DNA of 64,000 bases from the human T2T-CHM13v2.0 reference genome, Homo sapiens, in assembly GCF_009914755.1 (NCBI RefSeq), contig NC_060940.1; one strand, 5' to 3'. The position numbers and the translations under genes were made by a program. The notes below the pieces were generated by a model, which was not told the DNA's origin, did no database searches, and was given only the letters and a program-made list of their open reading frames with translations. This document shows, piece by piece, positions 62,560-64,000 of this stretch (position 1 is the stretch's first letter; each line of letters opens with the position of its first letter).

Positions 62560-64000
62560 TCAAATAACCCTGTGAACTTCAGTGAACCTCACTGACCACA
62601 TCATTATTCACCAATAGTTCCCCAATAGATCCACTCTACATTAGCTCATTTCAAATGTTCTTTTTCCTTTCACGCACATACCATACAGTACTTAAAATTC
62701 TGTTGACAACAATCAATATGAATTCAAATTAAGTTCTTGCCCCAAGGATGTGACTTCTACTACACAGTTTCTTTTGGCCTGAGGGCAATTCCTAGGGCAT
62801 GAACTTAGTCATATGCCCTCAACAGACAGCACTCTAAGGAAGCTGGGGAATGAGGGTCTCCATTCTGCAGGGAGGCCTGGACTACGCACCACAGAAGACA
62901 CTACTCTGTCCATCCCTCATGTCATTTGGATCCATGACTTCATATAACTTCTCTCCATCTAGGAATAGCTCCTCCAGGATTTTGGTTGGTTTCTTTTGCT
63001 GGGGAAACGTGAAAGTAACATTCATGGAGGGAAAAATAGCTCCTTGGCTCTTCAACTGGTCTTTCACCCTAAACTGATCATCTGCCTTTCCTACTATACA
63101 GGTACTATCAGGTTTACATTCTTACCCTCAGCTAGCACCTCCACTGGTCTAGGTCACTTACCTGGTGATAGGAGAGGGGGGTGTAGTAGTCATGGCTACT
63201 AGACTTGTCCTTTTAAATTGAGCAATCAAAATTTAGTAAGGGACTACTTAAACATCCCTTGGCTGCCAAACACATTCCTGTCTACTTCCGTTGTGTAACA
63301 GCATTGAATTGCAGAGATAAGAAGCAGAAATTTCCCAAGTGAATCCCTGGGGGTGACGGTAAATAGTGCTACTCTTTCTTTAATCCATGGTCCTCTTTCT
63401 ATTAGCGACATGGGACCATATAATGGTTACTGATCTAGGATATATGCTTGTATCCCATCCCTGCAGCTTCAAAGGGCTACTGGAGTCTGTTCCATCACTC
63501 CATCAGTTTGACAGCTTCTAGTTGTTGTGATTTCGTGATTTGTATTAGGATCACTGAAATGCATTTTCATGTGTCCACCACTGCAACTGCAGTGCTACAA
63601 AGTACATTCCCTTTATACAGTGCTATAAAGTACAATGCAAGGATGTGTAGGATTCCATATTGGAGGATTAAACATTCTGTCAATCCTTGGATAGTGGTGC
63701 TGGTTGAGGCCATGTAAGTAGGAAAGATAAATCCATACTCAGAATAAGTATCAGTTCCAGCCAAGATGAATCATTACCCTTCCTGTGATGGAAAGAATCC
63801 AGTGCATTCAGCTTGCCACCATGTGGCTACTTAGTGTCCTTGAGGGATGATGCTATCTTGAGGCCTCAGTGTTGCTCTGTCTTGATGACAACTTTGACAT
63901 TCAGAAGCAGCAGTAGCTAGATAAGACTTAGTCAGTGGAGACTTCTGCTGTTTGGGCCTCTGCATAGCCTCCATCCTTGTCACTATATTTATTCACCAAT
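62560..64000 (-). mobile_element. Ancient ERVL-class internal region (integrase remnant)
   Basis: ORF 63567..63764 GTDTYSEYGFIFP…ASTSTTIQGLTECLILQYGI resembles ERVL integrase GIDTYSGYGFAFP…TTIHGLTECLI; left boundary uncertain. Confidence 0.7.

Overview
Human genomic DNA (it carries AluYa5- and AluYg6-diagnostic elements), mostly interspersed repeats. The main element is an intron-containing duplicated copy of the Na+/H+ antiporter gene SLC9B1 (NHA1/NHEDC1) on the + strand. Nine consecutive exons (probably parent exons 4-12) run from 6126 to a polyA signal at 54316, all with GT-AG sites. A 1-nt insertion in the penultimate exon gives a premature TAG, so this is most likely one of the SLC9B1P segmental-duplication pseudogenes; which copy cannot be told from the window. 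Downstream on the - strand is a full-length processed PABPC1 pseudogene, interrupted by a MER61-like solo LTR, followed by ERVL integrase remnants. I found no new protein-coding system. The best leads are structural: (1) an 8.8-kb composite L1 inside one 18-bp TSD with an internal 3' transduction; (2) an MLT2A LTR fused to a MaLR internal region; (3) two locally templated insertions; (4) a PTC sitting on the NMD boundary; (5) CpG retention in the PABPC1 retrocopy; (6) young nested Alus. Repeat subfamily names and parent-protein comparisons come from recalled consensus sequences, not from a database run.
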